From Antedon mediterranea (lineage: Eukaryota > Animalia > Echinodermata), in the NCBI RefSeq assembly GCF_964355755.1, contig NC_092679.1, positions 17,095,432 to 17,159,431 on the forward strand: DNA of 64,000 nt, read 5' to 3'. The translations under genes and the position numbers were made by a program. The first letter of the stretch is position 1. Each line of letters starts with the position of its first letter. Positions 41,102 through 53,100 of the stretch are shown piece by piece. Below the pieces are notes generated by a model, which searched no databases, was not told the DNA's origin, and saw only the letters and a list, made by a program, of their open reading frames with translations.

Positions 41102-42116
41102 AGGAATGAAGGACAAAACACTATGGGAACTTATTTGGTTCCAAGGGGATTGATTCCTTAAAGCTCCCTAAAGCCTGGTTTCCATAAAATTGCTACATCT
41201 ATGGAAACGCTAGAATTTATCGGGGATCTAGTACGCGAGCGGTAAATATTCTTTGGTACGCGTATACGATTCATCGCAGACACAATCGGCAAAGTTGAAC
41301 ATGGTTAAACTTTGCCGATTTGACTGCGATGAATCGGGGAGCCTTCCCGATTGCGTCGGCGACATCTGCGCGTGTAGCGATTTTAATGGAAACGCTGTAG
41401 CGATTTTAATGGAAACCAAGCTTTTTTGTGTGTGCCATGATTGATGATGATGATGATGTTCTGTATGGGGGGATTACAGACTTCTCCTAGTCTTTAAAAA
41501 CATGTTATTTTTTTATTATACTGTACAGAACTATGATGATTTTTCATTTTATGATGTGACTCCACAAAAAAGAAAAAAAATCAGCAATAGCTGGTATAGG
41601 GAGTGGCAAAGTAAATAGAAAGGTATTAAAGTAGGCTTTACAAAAAAACAAAACTTAACACAATTCAATGAGGGGCCCAGTATGAATTTTATGTGTGAGA
41701 GTTATTTTCGACTATCTAGGGGCGGCATTTAACTAAATTTACTTTGTTCAAATAATCAGTGTGACATGCCTGGCCTGGAGCTCCTGTATTGAAGTGGCTT
41801 GGTGGTTCATGATGCTCGGCTACCAATCAAAGGGTCCTGTCCTTGGCAATTTGCCTAAAATATATATTCTAAAATCCTGGATCCTCTATACATTGTAAAC
41901 CCTGAAATTCCTCTGTAGTCAAGTTTCCCAGAAAGTCTATCCAGGAGTTATAAAAATCTTTTATTCTCTAGGTGTTCTTTGTTCATATAACAATACTCAG
42001 AAAATAACAACATTTAGAACACTTTTAAGTTATTAACTTTTTTAAAAGCTTAGGATTTAAGATTTCTATAGTTTATTTATAAATTTATAAATAAAAACCT
42101 TTGCTTATTAACAATA
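41102..42116 (+). repeat. Segmental duplicate B, with an extra MITE at ~41171-41423
   Basis: Same sequence as A. The MITE, with TIR AAGC(C/T)TGGTTTCCAT, fills a site that is empty in A. Confidence 0.85.
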
Positions 42117-42748
42117 GGGACTTTACAAAACACGACGGAAGCCACGGGACGGTGCTCATGAATAATTTATGCATGAGCTTTAACAAAGTAGGCGGAGCTT
42201 GCATGAAATTTTTTAGGACGATTAGATAACGTTGCCATTTTCCCGTTTACGTAGAATGACTAGAAATAATATACCCTTAAACATACAGTTCAAATTACAC
42301 TTAAACATGGAATTTTCAAAACTCTAATAAATAATATTTGAACTTCTAATTTAATTGTTTAATGAAATAACATTTTTGTTGGGTTAAAATGGCTGGTGTT
42401 AAAAGCTTATGCTATATCACCATAGCCAAGCGATTCAGAAGGCGCCACGAGACAGGGGATCAGAGACAGATACTGCCTGTCGTCGTCCTCGCGCAGGGTG
42501 CGTAACTAATAAAACGGCTATGTTGACTCTATATGATTTTAAAAAGTGATGCAACATGATGATTTTTTTTTGTTTTTAAATAAAATAGAAAATTCACAAA
42601 AATGACGGAAAAGTTATTTTTCTCAGGGAAAAAAGTAAAAAAGAACAATCAATTTTACACAGGAAAATACAATTTTCATTACAAATAGTTAAATTCAGTG
42701 ATCAAATGTTTTAATTTTTTATACTATTCATTTTTTTGCCAATTCTGA

Positions 42749-43197
42749 GTGCCATACTGGCATTCAATTATTGTAGGATCGCTAATTGACACAGATAACG
42801 ATATGAAACACCGAAAACAACTCGCAATATCAGCCTTCAACAACTACAAAGAAATTCTGACGAGCAAAAACTTATCACTAGAAGTAAAAATGAGACTATT
42901 CAATGTATATGTCAGAAACATATTCATGTACAACTCAGAATTATGGACGATAACCAAAAAACATGGATGGATACCCCAGCCAAATTAGCGTTGACAGAAT
43001 TCCATTAGAAAAGTTAACGACCAGTTGGCAGACCAAAAACTACCTGGATAGGAAACATAAACAAAGAACTCAAAAAAGTAAATACATCGATCGCAAAGTT
43101 AATGACAGACCATCAGACCACCGAAAGAGAGTCATGGAAACGATTAGCGTACGCAATGTCTACCCAAGAGGAATAGCGTAACGGATGATGATGATGT
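42749..43197 (+). mobile_element. RTE-like LINE 3' fragments
   Basis: KMRLFNVYVRNIFMYNSELWT motif and a (GAT)n tail. Confidence 0.6.
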
Positions 43198-44056
43198 GAA
43201 AACATATGGCATTAGATCTGACCCTACGGGGATACATTGTATTAGAACTGTTACAGATTAACCCTAAAAATGGCCGTCCTCCTCCAAGATAAATCATTTA
43301 AAAACATAGATGCCTAAATGATTTAATATGTCGAATAATAACTAAAATATCATCGTCTTCTTCTTGTCCCATCATCTTACATAATCTATGATATACTTCA
43401 TAACTATCTGTATCAGAATCAAAATTCGACTACTAGGCCACATTATTCAAATTTGCTTCATATAAGTTATCAGTATCACATCAAATATAACGTTTCCCGG
43501 CTCTTATTCTCCTGTCAATATTTAGTGGTAGCGATGGCCTTCGAGGCACTTAGTGACCATCCCATTGTTATATATCCCACATTCAGTGGATGCGGATTCT
43601 GAGGTGTGTACTCATAGGGGGCAGTGAAATAGATTTTGTGTGGAATTATGGAATTGTGTGATAGAGGCAAGCAAGTGCATATAGTAAAAGCACTATTTTT
43701 GTTAGGCCTATGCATGTTAAACCTGGGCACTGACTAAACTCAAGATCAGTACTTTTGAGTTATGATACACTATCATAATTGACATATGCCAAGCCCGTAG
43801 CCAGGGGGGTTCGTAGGGTTCGAACGAACCCCCTTTTTCCTGAAGTGCCCTTTTAAACCGTAGATGGGCAGCCGTCGAGAGCGGACGTATTATTTTCTAC
43901 TCTCTCCTCATCGGAGTGTATTTACACAATACGATCCCTTAAAATGCCTGGATTGTTGAAGTGTTGAAAGGAGGTGAGGTTTAGATACCATATTTATGTT
44001 TACTGTGGTGTTTAATAATTATTTTAACGACATTATCACGATATATTTGAGAGAAA

Positions 44057-45535
44057 ATGTCTAAACAACATAAGAAATCTACAGTGAGCCATGAGCCGGT
44101 CACTAGTGAAAATTTGCATACAGCGGGAGACAATGGTGCGGGTTATCAAATACAATGAAGATATTAATGTCTTCAAAGTCTATAGCTGATATGAAGAGTT
44201 GCATATGCGATGTGCTCACTAAAATGGTAGCAATGGAGAAAGATATCGCAATACTCAATAAGGAAAATAGCGGTTTACAGAAGGAAATTCGTGACTTAAA
44301 AACTGATATGCAGGAAAACGCAGACTTTCTCGAGACGCAAATGATTGATGTAACTGAGGAGAAAACACAATCCATAGCTCAAGAAATGGAAGATATTAAG
44401 GACAAGATTGATAACATCGAGGGACGGAAAAGGAGAAATAATCTGAGATTTGTAAATATTCCCGAACAAGCCGAAGACGGCGAAGGTTCCACAGGTAAAT
44501 TTCTACAATCTTTCATAAGTAAAACTATTGGTGTTGACTTAATGACCGATGATATACAGTGTGCTCATAGAGTGCGAATCAAAACAAAGTCAGGCAGGCC
44601 ACGACCCATCGTTGCTTTTTTCCTTAGGTATATTCAACTAAAGAAAAAATAAGGAGGGCTGCCAGAATATCTAAGCCAAAGTTTAAGGGGACTAACGTGT
44701 ATGTTAACGATAACTATACCAGTAGGGTACAGCTCAAGCGGAAAGAATTGAATGTCGTACTAAGATCACTTGGGGAAATTAATGTTAAATGCTGGCTCCA
44801 TTTTGATAAACTTCGTTTTGCTGACAAGGATGGTCACCTGCGAACCTATATGTTTCTGATTCTCAACTACATGAATACTTTCCCGAGCCACCTGCTGCTA
44901 CCGGCACGACTCCTCAAGGGGAAAACCAGCCCACTACAGATGACTAGAACCTACGGGATAGAGTAATCTCATCAATTCCAAAGAAGTGAACATTATTACA
45001 TTATAGAGAAACTAACATTCTTTTTTATTTTATTTATGGTATTCTGAACTTCAAACCTCTTTTCCATTAACATTCAGAAGCAATCGTATACTTAATTTCA
45101 TCTGCAATTTTGTTTCCATATAATATTATACATTGTATTTTGATGTTCATATTGTATTGTATACTTAAATTCATTTACAATTTGGTTTTCATTTATATCA
45201 TATTATATTATATTTTGATGTTAAACATTTTTTTTAATTGTCTTTTATTTTTTCTTTTCGTTGCAATTTTATTATAATGTATTCTAATTAATGATTATAT
45301 TGACGGTCACTTTAACAATGGTTATTTTTATCAAGTACAGTTCTATTGACAAATCAACAGATTATTTTATGTATGATGGCTGATGAACAAAGTGAAGACA
45401 ATGTACCAGTAAGAAATTGTAAACCTTATTCTTTTAGTGAATTTTGTAATTTTATCTGTAATAAGCTGATTCAGTTTTTTCTATATCTCATTTCAATATC
45501 AGATCTCTCAACAAAAACTTCCGACGAATATTCAT
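44057..45535 (+). mobile_element. LINE 5' part: degenerate ORF1 (coiled coil plus RRM) and the start of the ORF2 endonuclease
   Basis: IDNIEGRKRRNNLRFVNIPE...IQCAHRV...RPRPIVAFF, then YVNDNYT; at ~45475 FSISHFNIRSLNKNF. Confidence 0.75.
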
Positions 45536-45563
45536 TTTAGAATATCGAAACAAATACTAAATA

Positions 45564-46149
45564 CAGGCCCGTATGCAGCATTTATAATGGGGGGGGGGGG
45601 GAGGGTGGGAGCGAAGCGAGCAACAATGGCTGGGGGCCAGGGGCAAATTTTGCGTTATTTGACGTTCTAAAGACTGATTTAAGACTCTCTGTTGTGGCTT
45701 GGGCTAGTTGAACGATGGACACCAGAACTTAACGCTTTCATGATGAGGCCAACTCAGACAGCGTCGTACGACGCTGTCTGAGTTGGCCTTCCCTTGTTTA
45801 GGCGCCGTATTCGATAGTGTCTGTATTTCCAGCAAACACTTTACCGCGTACCGCGTACATGAAGCGCTAAGCTATTGCTTGTCGTCACATGATTGACTGC
45901 GCATGTTTTACATCGAGTTTGTAGTCAGTTCAGATTCCGTAATTTAATTACCGGTATTTTTTCATTTTATATTAGCATATTTTTGTTTGTATACCATTGA
46001 TAATGTAAATTTTGTATATATATAATGATATTGTCCTTAGTTAAACAAGACAAGAAAAAATACCAACCGAGGAAATAGTGGACCTTTTGGGACTTGAGGG
46101 GGGGGGGGGTGCGTCTGCACCCAACGCACCCCCCCTGGATACGGGCCTG
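45564..46149. mobile_element. hAT-like MITE
   Basis: CAGGCCCGTAT ... ATACGGGCCTG termini, a 6-bp flanking repeat TAAATA, and a central 44-bp perfect palindrome. Confidence 0.65.
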
Positions 46150-47010
46150 TAAATAGTCATTTTTGTTTGAAGATATTCTAATTACTATGGTTTTGTAGAA
46201 AACTTTAAAGTTCTTCACTTTTAAAGTGGGAGGAGGAGGAGTCTACATCCCTTCAGGGGGATGCCTAGTGCCCGGATTCATTTTGACCGATTGCTTTTCT
46301 AGGTTGGTTATTCATTTTGTTTGACAGACTCCAAGGTTGATTGAACTCCCCATTGCTTCAAGGTGGGGATGGGATCAAATGTCTGTAAATTTCCCGGGTA
46401 TCTTTAATAGAACATAAGAACAATTAAATGAATGTTTATGAGTGTGTGGTATATATAATTTTATTCGGTGAAAAATGAAGGTTATGTTTCATGAGGCGAC
46501 AGGCCAAGTGAAATAATTATGATCTTTCATCTTTTCCGAATTAAATTATTTATACAAAAACTAATTATATAAAAACATTAATTCCGGTCTTCAGCTGGTT
46601 GCTATATTCTCCACGCTCTCTCTGGAGCATGTGGAGCGATTGATAGGGCATTTCATTTTTATCATGTGACCCACAATCGTCCAATCAAATGACAGGAATC
46701 TATTTAGGTGTTATATAAAATAGATTATTGAAAAAGTGTGTCTAGAAAATTCTTTTATCTTTTGCAATTGGGGGACTCAGTATTGTGTGGTTTCTCTGAA
46801 CTTGCACAATCTATACGATTGTCTACAATATGGACAACAAAAAAAACAATTGATAAACACACCTGAACATAGACAAGAGAAGATGGGCTGTTCGGTTGCC
46901 TTGCACAAAACGTACACGTGAAAAAGTATTTATTTCTAACCAATCAAATTCTTTGCAAGGTCCTGATTGGCTGAGGATATACTCTATTTTTTGTATAAAT
47001 TTGTCCGTTT

Positions 47011-47145
47011 ATGAGGCAGGGTCACTTAGTTTGTTTGCTGTTGTTTGGTTTGTTATTAGTTTGCGTTGTTGTGTTGGTGCCCTCATTGTCCGTAAAACTA
47101 CATCAAGCCCAGATATTCTACATGCCGATTGGTGCAGACGCTTGA
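47011..47145 (+). CDS. 44-codon signal-anchor-like ORF upstream of legumain copy 3, probably its detached N-terminus
   Basis: Translates as MRQGHLVCLLLFGLLLVCVVVLVPSLSVKLHQAQIFYMPIGADA*. It has a long hydrophobic stretch and stops 31 nt before the out-of-frame ATG of [10 protein letters not shown]. Confidence 0.5.
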   Translation: MRQGHLVCLLLFGLLLVCVVVLVPSLSVKLHQAQIFYMPIGADA

Positions 47146-47176
47146 AAAAATTTGATCTCTCCAAAAAATCGAAACG

Positions 47177-50100
47177 ATGAAGAATTGGGCTCTTCTTGTA
47201 GCAGGGACAAGAGAATGGCATAACTATCGGCATCAGGTATTCAATCTTATAATTTTATATTTTCTTAAATGTTTAAATTTTTTATTAGGTGATCATTTAG
47301 AATAAAATGATCACCTATTGTTATTTTACAAAATCTTTATTGTTGTTTTTTAGTTATCCGCATTCAGCGGATAACTCCTTGTAACTGTCCTGTTTCATCA
47401 TCTTTTTTTTTCTTTTCTGTATTATTAGTTATCCGCATTCACGGATAACTCCTTGTAACTGTCCTGTTTCATCATCTTTTTAGTTATCCGCTTAGTAGCG
47501 GATAACTCCTTGTGATTGTAGTGGATCAATATTTTTTTTTTTCTGTATTATTCTTCTTTCTTTCCCGTTTTTTTGTGGCTCACGTATCTCTAAAATGTGT
47601 AAACATAATATTTCATAACTTTGACAACATGTGGGCATTTACGTAAAGTTGTGCACCTGCATTTTGTACAAGTGCTAAAAATGGTAAAAAATAAGGCCTT
47701 TTTAAAATGAATATAACTCTTCAGAATGGCAGGTGACCCCCGATTTTTTTAACATATTATGGAAGCCAATAAGTTGTAGATACAAATGTATATACACATT
47801 AGACGTACAAAATGGTATGATGTCATCAAATGGCCACTTGAATTAAAAAATTAGTAATTTTTATCTTTTTGTGTGGGTTATCACATTCAATAGAGCGCAT
47901 CTCCGTTATTTAAGCCCGATTTTTGCACAAATTTTAGTATGTGCTTGCTCAATTAATTATCTTTCTCATGAGTTGTCAACATTTTTATTTTGATGACGTC
48001 ATCATGCGTAAAAACTTGAATAACCTAGGTCGTGTAATTTCAGCTACACCATACATTTGAATATCTTATAGCTCTTCAGAATTAAAGGTGACCTTGAAGA
48101 TTATAACTTATTATGAAAGCTGATGAAATGTAGATATGAATTCATATCAAAATTAAGCCTATCGGATGTTGTGATGTTATCATATGGCCAGTTGAAGTTA
48201 AAAAGTAGTTTTTTAATTTCTTTAGTCGAAGTTATACAAATTTCAAAGAGCGCGCATTGCGCTTCTACGTGTCAAATTCTCTTCCAATCCTTATATTTAT
48301 CTGCTCAAAATTCATTATCTTTCGAAATTGTCATCTTCGAGTTTATTTTGATAATTTCATCATACCAAAAATTTAGAACACGATGTGGGTCCCGTAATTT
48401 CACCTATGCTACACTGTATATAGATATACAGTATACTGTACATTATTGTATATGTCACATAATAGGTACAACTCAGCGCTATAAGCGTATATGCATCATG
48501 TCATAGGATGGCGTACATCAACTTTTTACGATGGTGTGTTAACGTACGTGCATGTTTAAAAAATGTTAATTTCATTAAAATGATAAAAATGATCACCTAT
48601 AATTCGTCAAAGTGACGAATTAAATTCTAGTTTATGTATAATATTGCACAAGACCAAAATTACAGCTTACAATACTTTGGCAGCATATAGGCCTGATCAT
48701 TTTTGTTGATCAAACAAAGTTATTTGATCAGTCTCCACGATTTTATTAATTTTATATTATTAAACAAGGTATGTCTTTTAAAAAACAAGCAATACGTGAA
48801 CCACAGGTATGTGTTACTTTCAGTGCTAAAGGCACAATCAGTAACTATTAACATCTAGGAGTACCTAGTCTAGGTATTCCAGATGGAGTTTTGGCTTAAA
48901 TATTAGTAAAAAGAAAAACATTTTGGCACATATTTTTATACATACTACTTGAGCTTGTAAACTCTGTTTGGTGAAACACATACAAGTCGCATGGTTTGAG
49001 ACCAAGAATTCTTGGTGCATATAATTATCCGGTTGACTAGTTTCAGCTGCATGCCATTGGCTACTCACTCATATTTTAATATGCATTTTTGGAAATTTCG
49101 AAGATTCAACAACTAAGATGATGTGCATCATGGATTAAAGAATAGAAGGATATGCATCGACGTGAGATCAATGGTTCCTTGACTCTCGCCGACAGACCGC
49201 GGACCGCCCACAATGTTACAGTTTAATTAACCGCATGGTAACAACGAAACGGTCGCGTGCCCAATATATTGTTTACTGCACATGTGCAACGACATTTAAC
49301 CTTGTTGGCTACGCTTCTTTCGCGCGTTCTTTGGTGGCATGATGTTTGTAGATGGTCTGTCACGCCAAAATCAGTCCGGGCCAAAATCGGTCCGGCGGAC
49401 CAGTTTTGGCTGCCAAAATCAATCCGGGGGACCATTTATGGCTGCCAAAACCTGTCCGGCCGGACCAATTTTGGCCGCCAAAACTGGTCCGGCCTGGATA
49501 AAATCGGTCCGGGCAGTAGGACTGTTTTTGGCCGCCAAATATGGTCCGGTCTTACAAATATATGGTGCGCAATATGAGTCATAATGTATATATCATTAAA
49601 AAAAAAAGGCCATGATTAGTCATTATATTGAAAACTATGGGGTTTTATTTGTTATTTTAATATTATAAATTAAGCCTGTTTTTTTTATTATCATTATTAG
49701 TAGTAACTCATCAATAATAAGTACTAATTGTTAGGCTTTTTGTATACAATATGTATCTCTGCCTGTTTTTAATCCATTTTGTTCTTTTTTAACATCTTCG
49801 TTTCCCCATGATGTTAAAAACAATTTAATTTATTAATTATTTATGGTTAATCAATCAATATATCAATTCAATACAATTATTAGAAAAAAATTATCCAATA
49901 TTGATTAGGCTGAGGAAGGAAAAAGGCCTCAATCATAAATCAAATCTAGCTGGCAATATCAGCGTCTCATACCCGTTCATGTGAGTGTGTGGCAGGCCGT
50001 AATATGAGTGAACACCTAAGTCATGTTTTTAGATAAAATACATTTATTTATAGTATTTATCCGACAAGATAACTTACTAATATATATCATGGGATATTTT

Positions 50101-53100
50101 TATAGCCATAAACAATTTAAAACAGCATCATAGGCCTAGTAATTCAATTAAAATCGACAGAAGAAAAGCCCGGACCGATTTTGGCAGTGGCGGACTGCTT
50201 TTGGCCACAATTTTAGAGCCAAAACTGGTCCGGCCGGACCGATTTTGGCCCCGGACCATATTTATCGTGACAGGTCAACTATTGACTATGTTGTAGGCCT
50301 AATTTAGTAATTAGTATAGGTTTCTGCCGCGATTGATCTACGCTAATGATTTTTTATGATTAAAGTAGCATTTTATGACCGTAAATATATCAGTCATATA
50401 TTCGGGAGTCATTTTATAGTATGCATTTTAAAATAAGCCTTGCAGCTCGTTTTAGACACTTATTAAGTGTTTTATTATGAGAAGCATACCTGCCACCCCA
50501 TACTGTACAACAATAGTCTAATGACGGCCTTACTAGACTAGTGAATAGTTTGTTCATGCAGCCTTGTGGGATACAGTCGCGAATCCGATTTAGCATGCCT
50601 AGTTTAGAAGAAACTGTTTTGTTCACGTACTCGACATGCGGTGACCAACTTAACGTTTCGTCAATTATGACACCTAAGCATTTAAAGGATTTTACCCTTT
50701 CAACTGAATTGTTTGCAATTTTTAGATTAAGGTTGTTAGTAGATGTTTTCTTTTTCGATCCAATGATTTGATTTAGTTTTGTTTGCATTTATGGTGAGTT
50801 TGTTTCTGTTTGCCCAATTGTGTACTATATCTAATACTATATTTAAATTTGTTTCAATTTCGTCTATGGTTGGTAAACTACATGTCAAGGTTGAATCGTC
50901 AGCGTACATGAACAACTTACAGTTTTTAAGAATACAATTTTGTAAATCACTTGTGTAAATGATAAAAAGCAGTGGCCCCAAAATCGAACCCTGTGGCACA
51001 CCAATGTCGTCGCGACTTCGATTTTGTGCCACCAATGTTTACATATTGACTGCGATCACTTAAATATGATTTAAACCACTCCATTACGGATGGTGACATG
51101 CACATACATTTGAGTTTTTTCATTAACTGAGTCAAATGCCTTGCTCAGGTCTATGAAAACAGTACCAGTCATTTTACCCTGTTCCATGGCATGTAAACAC
51201 TCGTTGGTTAAGTCATGTAGTGTTGTTTCAGTTGAATGAAACGGTCTAAACCCTGATTGACAAGATGGGATCAGCTTGTTCACATCAAGGTACGAGTAGA
51301 CGGCCGAATGTACCCACCTTTCAAAAATTTTTGAAACAATTGGTAGAATGGAAATTGGCCTATAATTATTAGTGTTACTTTTGTCTCCTCCTTTGTGAAT
51401 AGGTGTAACAGAAGCCTTTTTCCACTCTGTAGTGTAATGTCCGCATCGTATTGATAGGTTTAGGACATGGGTTAATGACTTTGTCACGTGTGGGTAAGCT
51501 AGTTTTAGCATTTTTACACTGACGTCGTCAGGACCTGTTGCTACCAGCAGACATTACTAATATTTGACTTTGAACAAATTCTTCTGTGATGTCTGGCAAT
51601 GTACATTGTTCGAGTGAATTTGACTCAGACGTTTTGGTTTGATTCAAATGTACTACTGGCTGTAGCATTCGCCATACGTTCACCGATTGTGGAGAAATGT
51701 TCATTCAATATATCAGCAATGTCGTCAGGATTGTTGATAGTAATTCCAGTATTGGAAATAATACAATTTGGGGCTGATTTTGTATTGCTTGGAAGGACCT
51801 CTTTAAGTTTCTTCCATAGCATTGACGAATCACCTTTGTTCTTTTCGATGGTTGTTTTAAAATATTCACTTTTTTTGGTCCGGATTTTATCAGTAACGTT
51901 ATTCCGTAGCGTTTTGTAGGTGTTCCAATCTATTTCTAAACCAGATTGTTTAGCCTTTTTATGCGTGCAATCACGTTGTCGCATAAGTTGCATTATTTCA
52001 CCATCAAGCCATGGCAGCGATGCGTTTCGGACGCGTTTACATTTGGTTGGTGCGTGATAGTTAAAAATACCCATAAACAACGAGGACCACACTTTCTTAA
52101 CGCAAATACAGTTAAGTACATTATTCCATGGTGCACACATTAGGTCGTATTGGAGGGCATCATGGTTTATATCTTTGAAACGTCTAAAGTGTAATGAACG
52201 AACGTTTCCGTTTTTAGGAGTTTTCCAATTTTGGATACCGTACACAACATAATGGTCACTAATTAGAGCAGGCAATACACCACTTTCGCTAACAAGTTCA
52301 GGATTTGAGCTAAATATTAGATCGATTGTGGTGTGTGTTGATTTAGTGACTCGAGTTGGCTCATTAATTAATTGGGTCATTTGGAATTGGTCAAAACATG
52401 AGGTTAAAGGATTGGTACTGTTTTTTTCATTAGACATGTCAATTTGAGGCACTGAGTTTTAGTCCCCTATTATCGTTTCTCTTTTTGGCGCTCCATAGAA
52501 ACAAAAATATTGAACATTGAATAAGTGAAATTTGCAAAAAACACACATGTAAAACATTAATTTAAGGATTTATTTGTTACTTTTTTATGTGATTCTTTCA
52601 TTGAAGTACTCATGAGGTATACTTCTAAGGTGTGGTATTCACACGATAAAGTTAGTTATCAAATTTGGAGTCATGTTTAATTAAAACATTCTTTTAAAGT
52701 AATTAGAAAGTAAAAGAAATTATTTGTCTTTCTGTACTTTACATGCACAAAACTGCCCTCAATTTCCAATACCTGGCACAAAGAGCTGTAGTAGAGATAC
52801 AGTTCTACACTGCAGGGCAAGGAACAACAACTAGAAGAAGAAAAATAATGTAATTTTTTATTTATGTAAGTTTTATTTGTAATTTAATAGGCCAATGTTT
52901 GCCACGCCTACCAGATACTGCATCGTAATTGCATCCCTGATGAACAAATTGTTGTGATGATGTTTGATGATATAGCAGATAATGTAGAGTAAGTTCACTG
53001 TCTTTGTTTATGACTTACCTACACTGCTTACAATGAGTTGAGTCTCACCATTTTCCTAGAGGGGCGTCGGCCTGATCTTGTAATAGGGAAGATCGTCATA

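Larger units (their letters stand above)
24593..41622 (+). pseudogene. Legumain copy 2, fragmented pseudogene (remnants of exons 1-4)
   Basis: Exon 1 remnant [18 protein letters not shown] ending at 24712, with no signal peptide seen. Exon 2 (29345-29447) is 103 nt versus 98 nt in copy 1 (frameshift). Exon 3 breaks off after about 17 nt at 29839-29855. Degenerate exon 4 ([15 protein letters not shown]) occurs twice, at ~31420-31495 and ~41552-41622. I found no exons 5-12. Confidence 0.85.

Noticed and set aside
45735-45795. Hammerhead ribozyme at TGATGAGGCC...GGCC
   Set aside because: It lacks the leading C of CUGANGA and the GAAA core.
47143-47145. TGA as selenocysteine or read-through linking the signal-anchor to copy 3
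   Set aside because: Read-through would still be out of frame with KNWALL, and I recognised no SECIS element.
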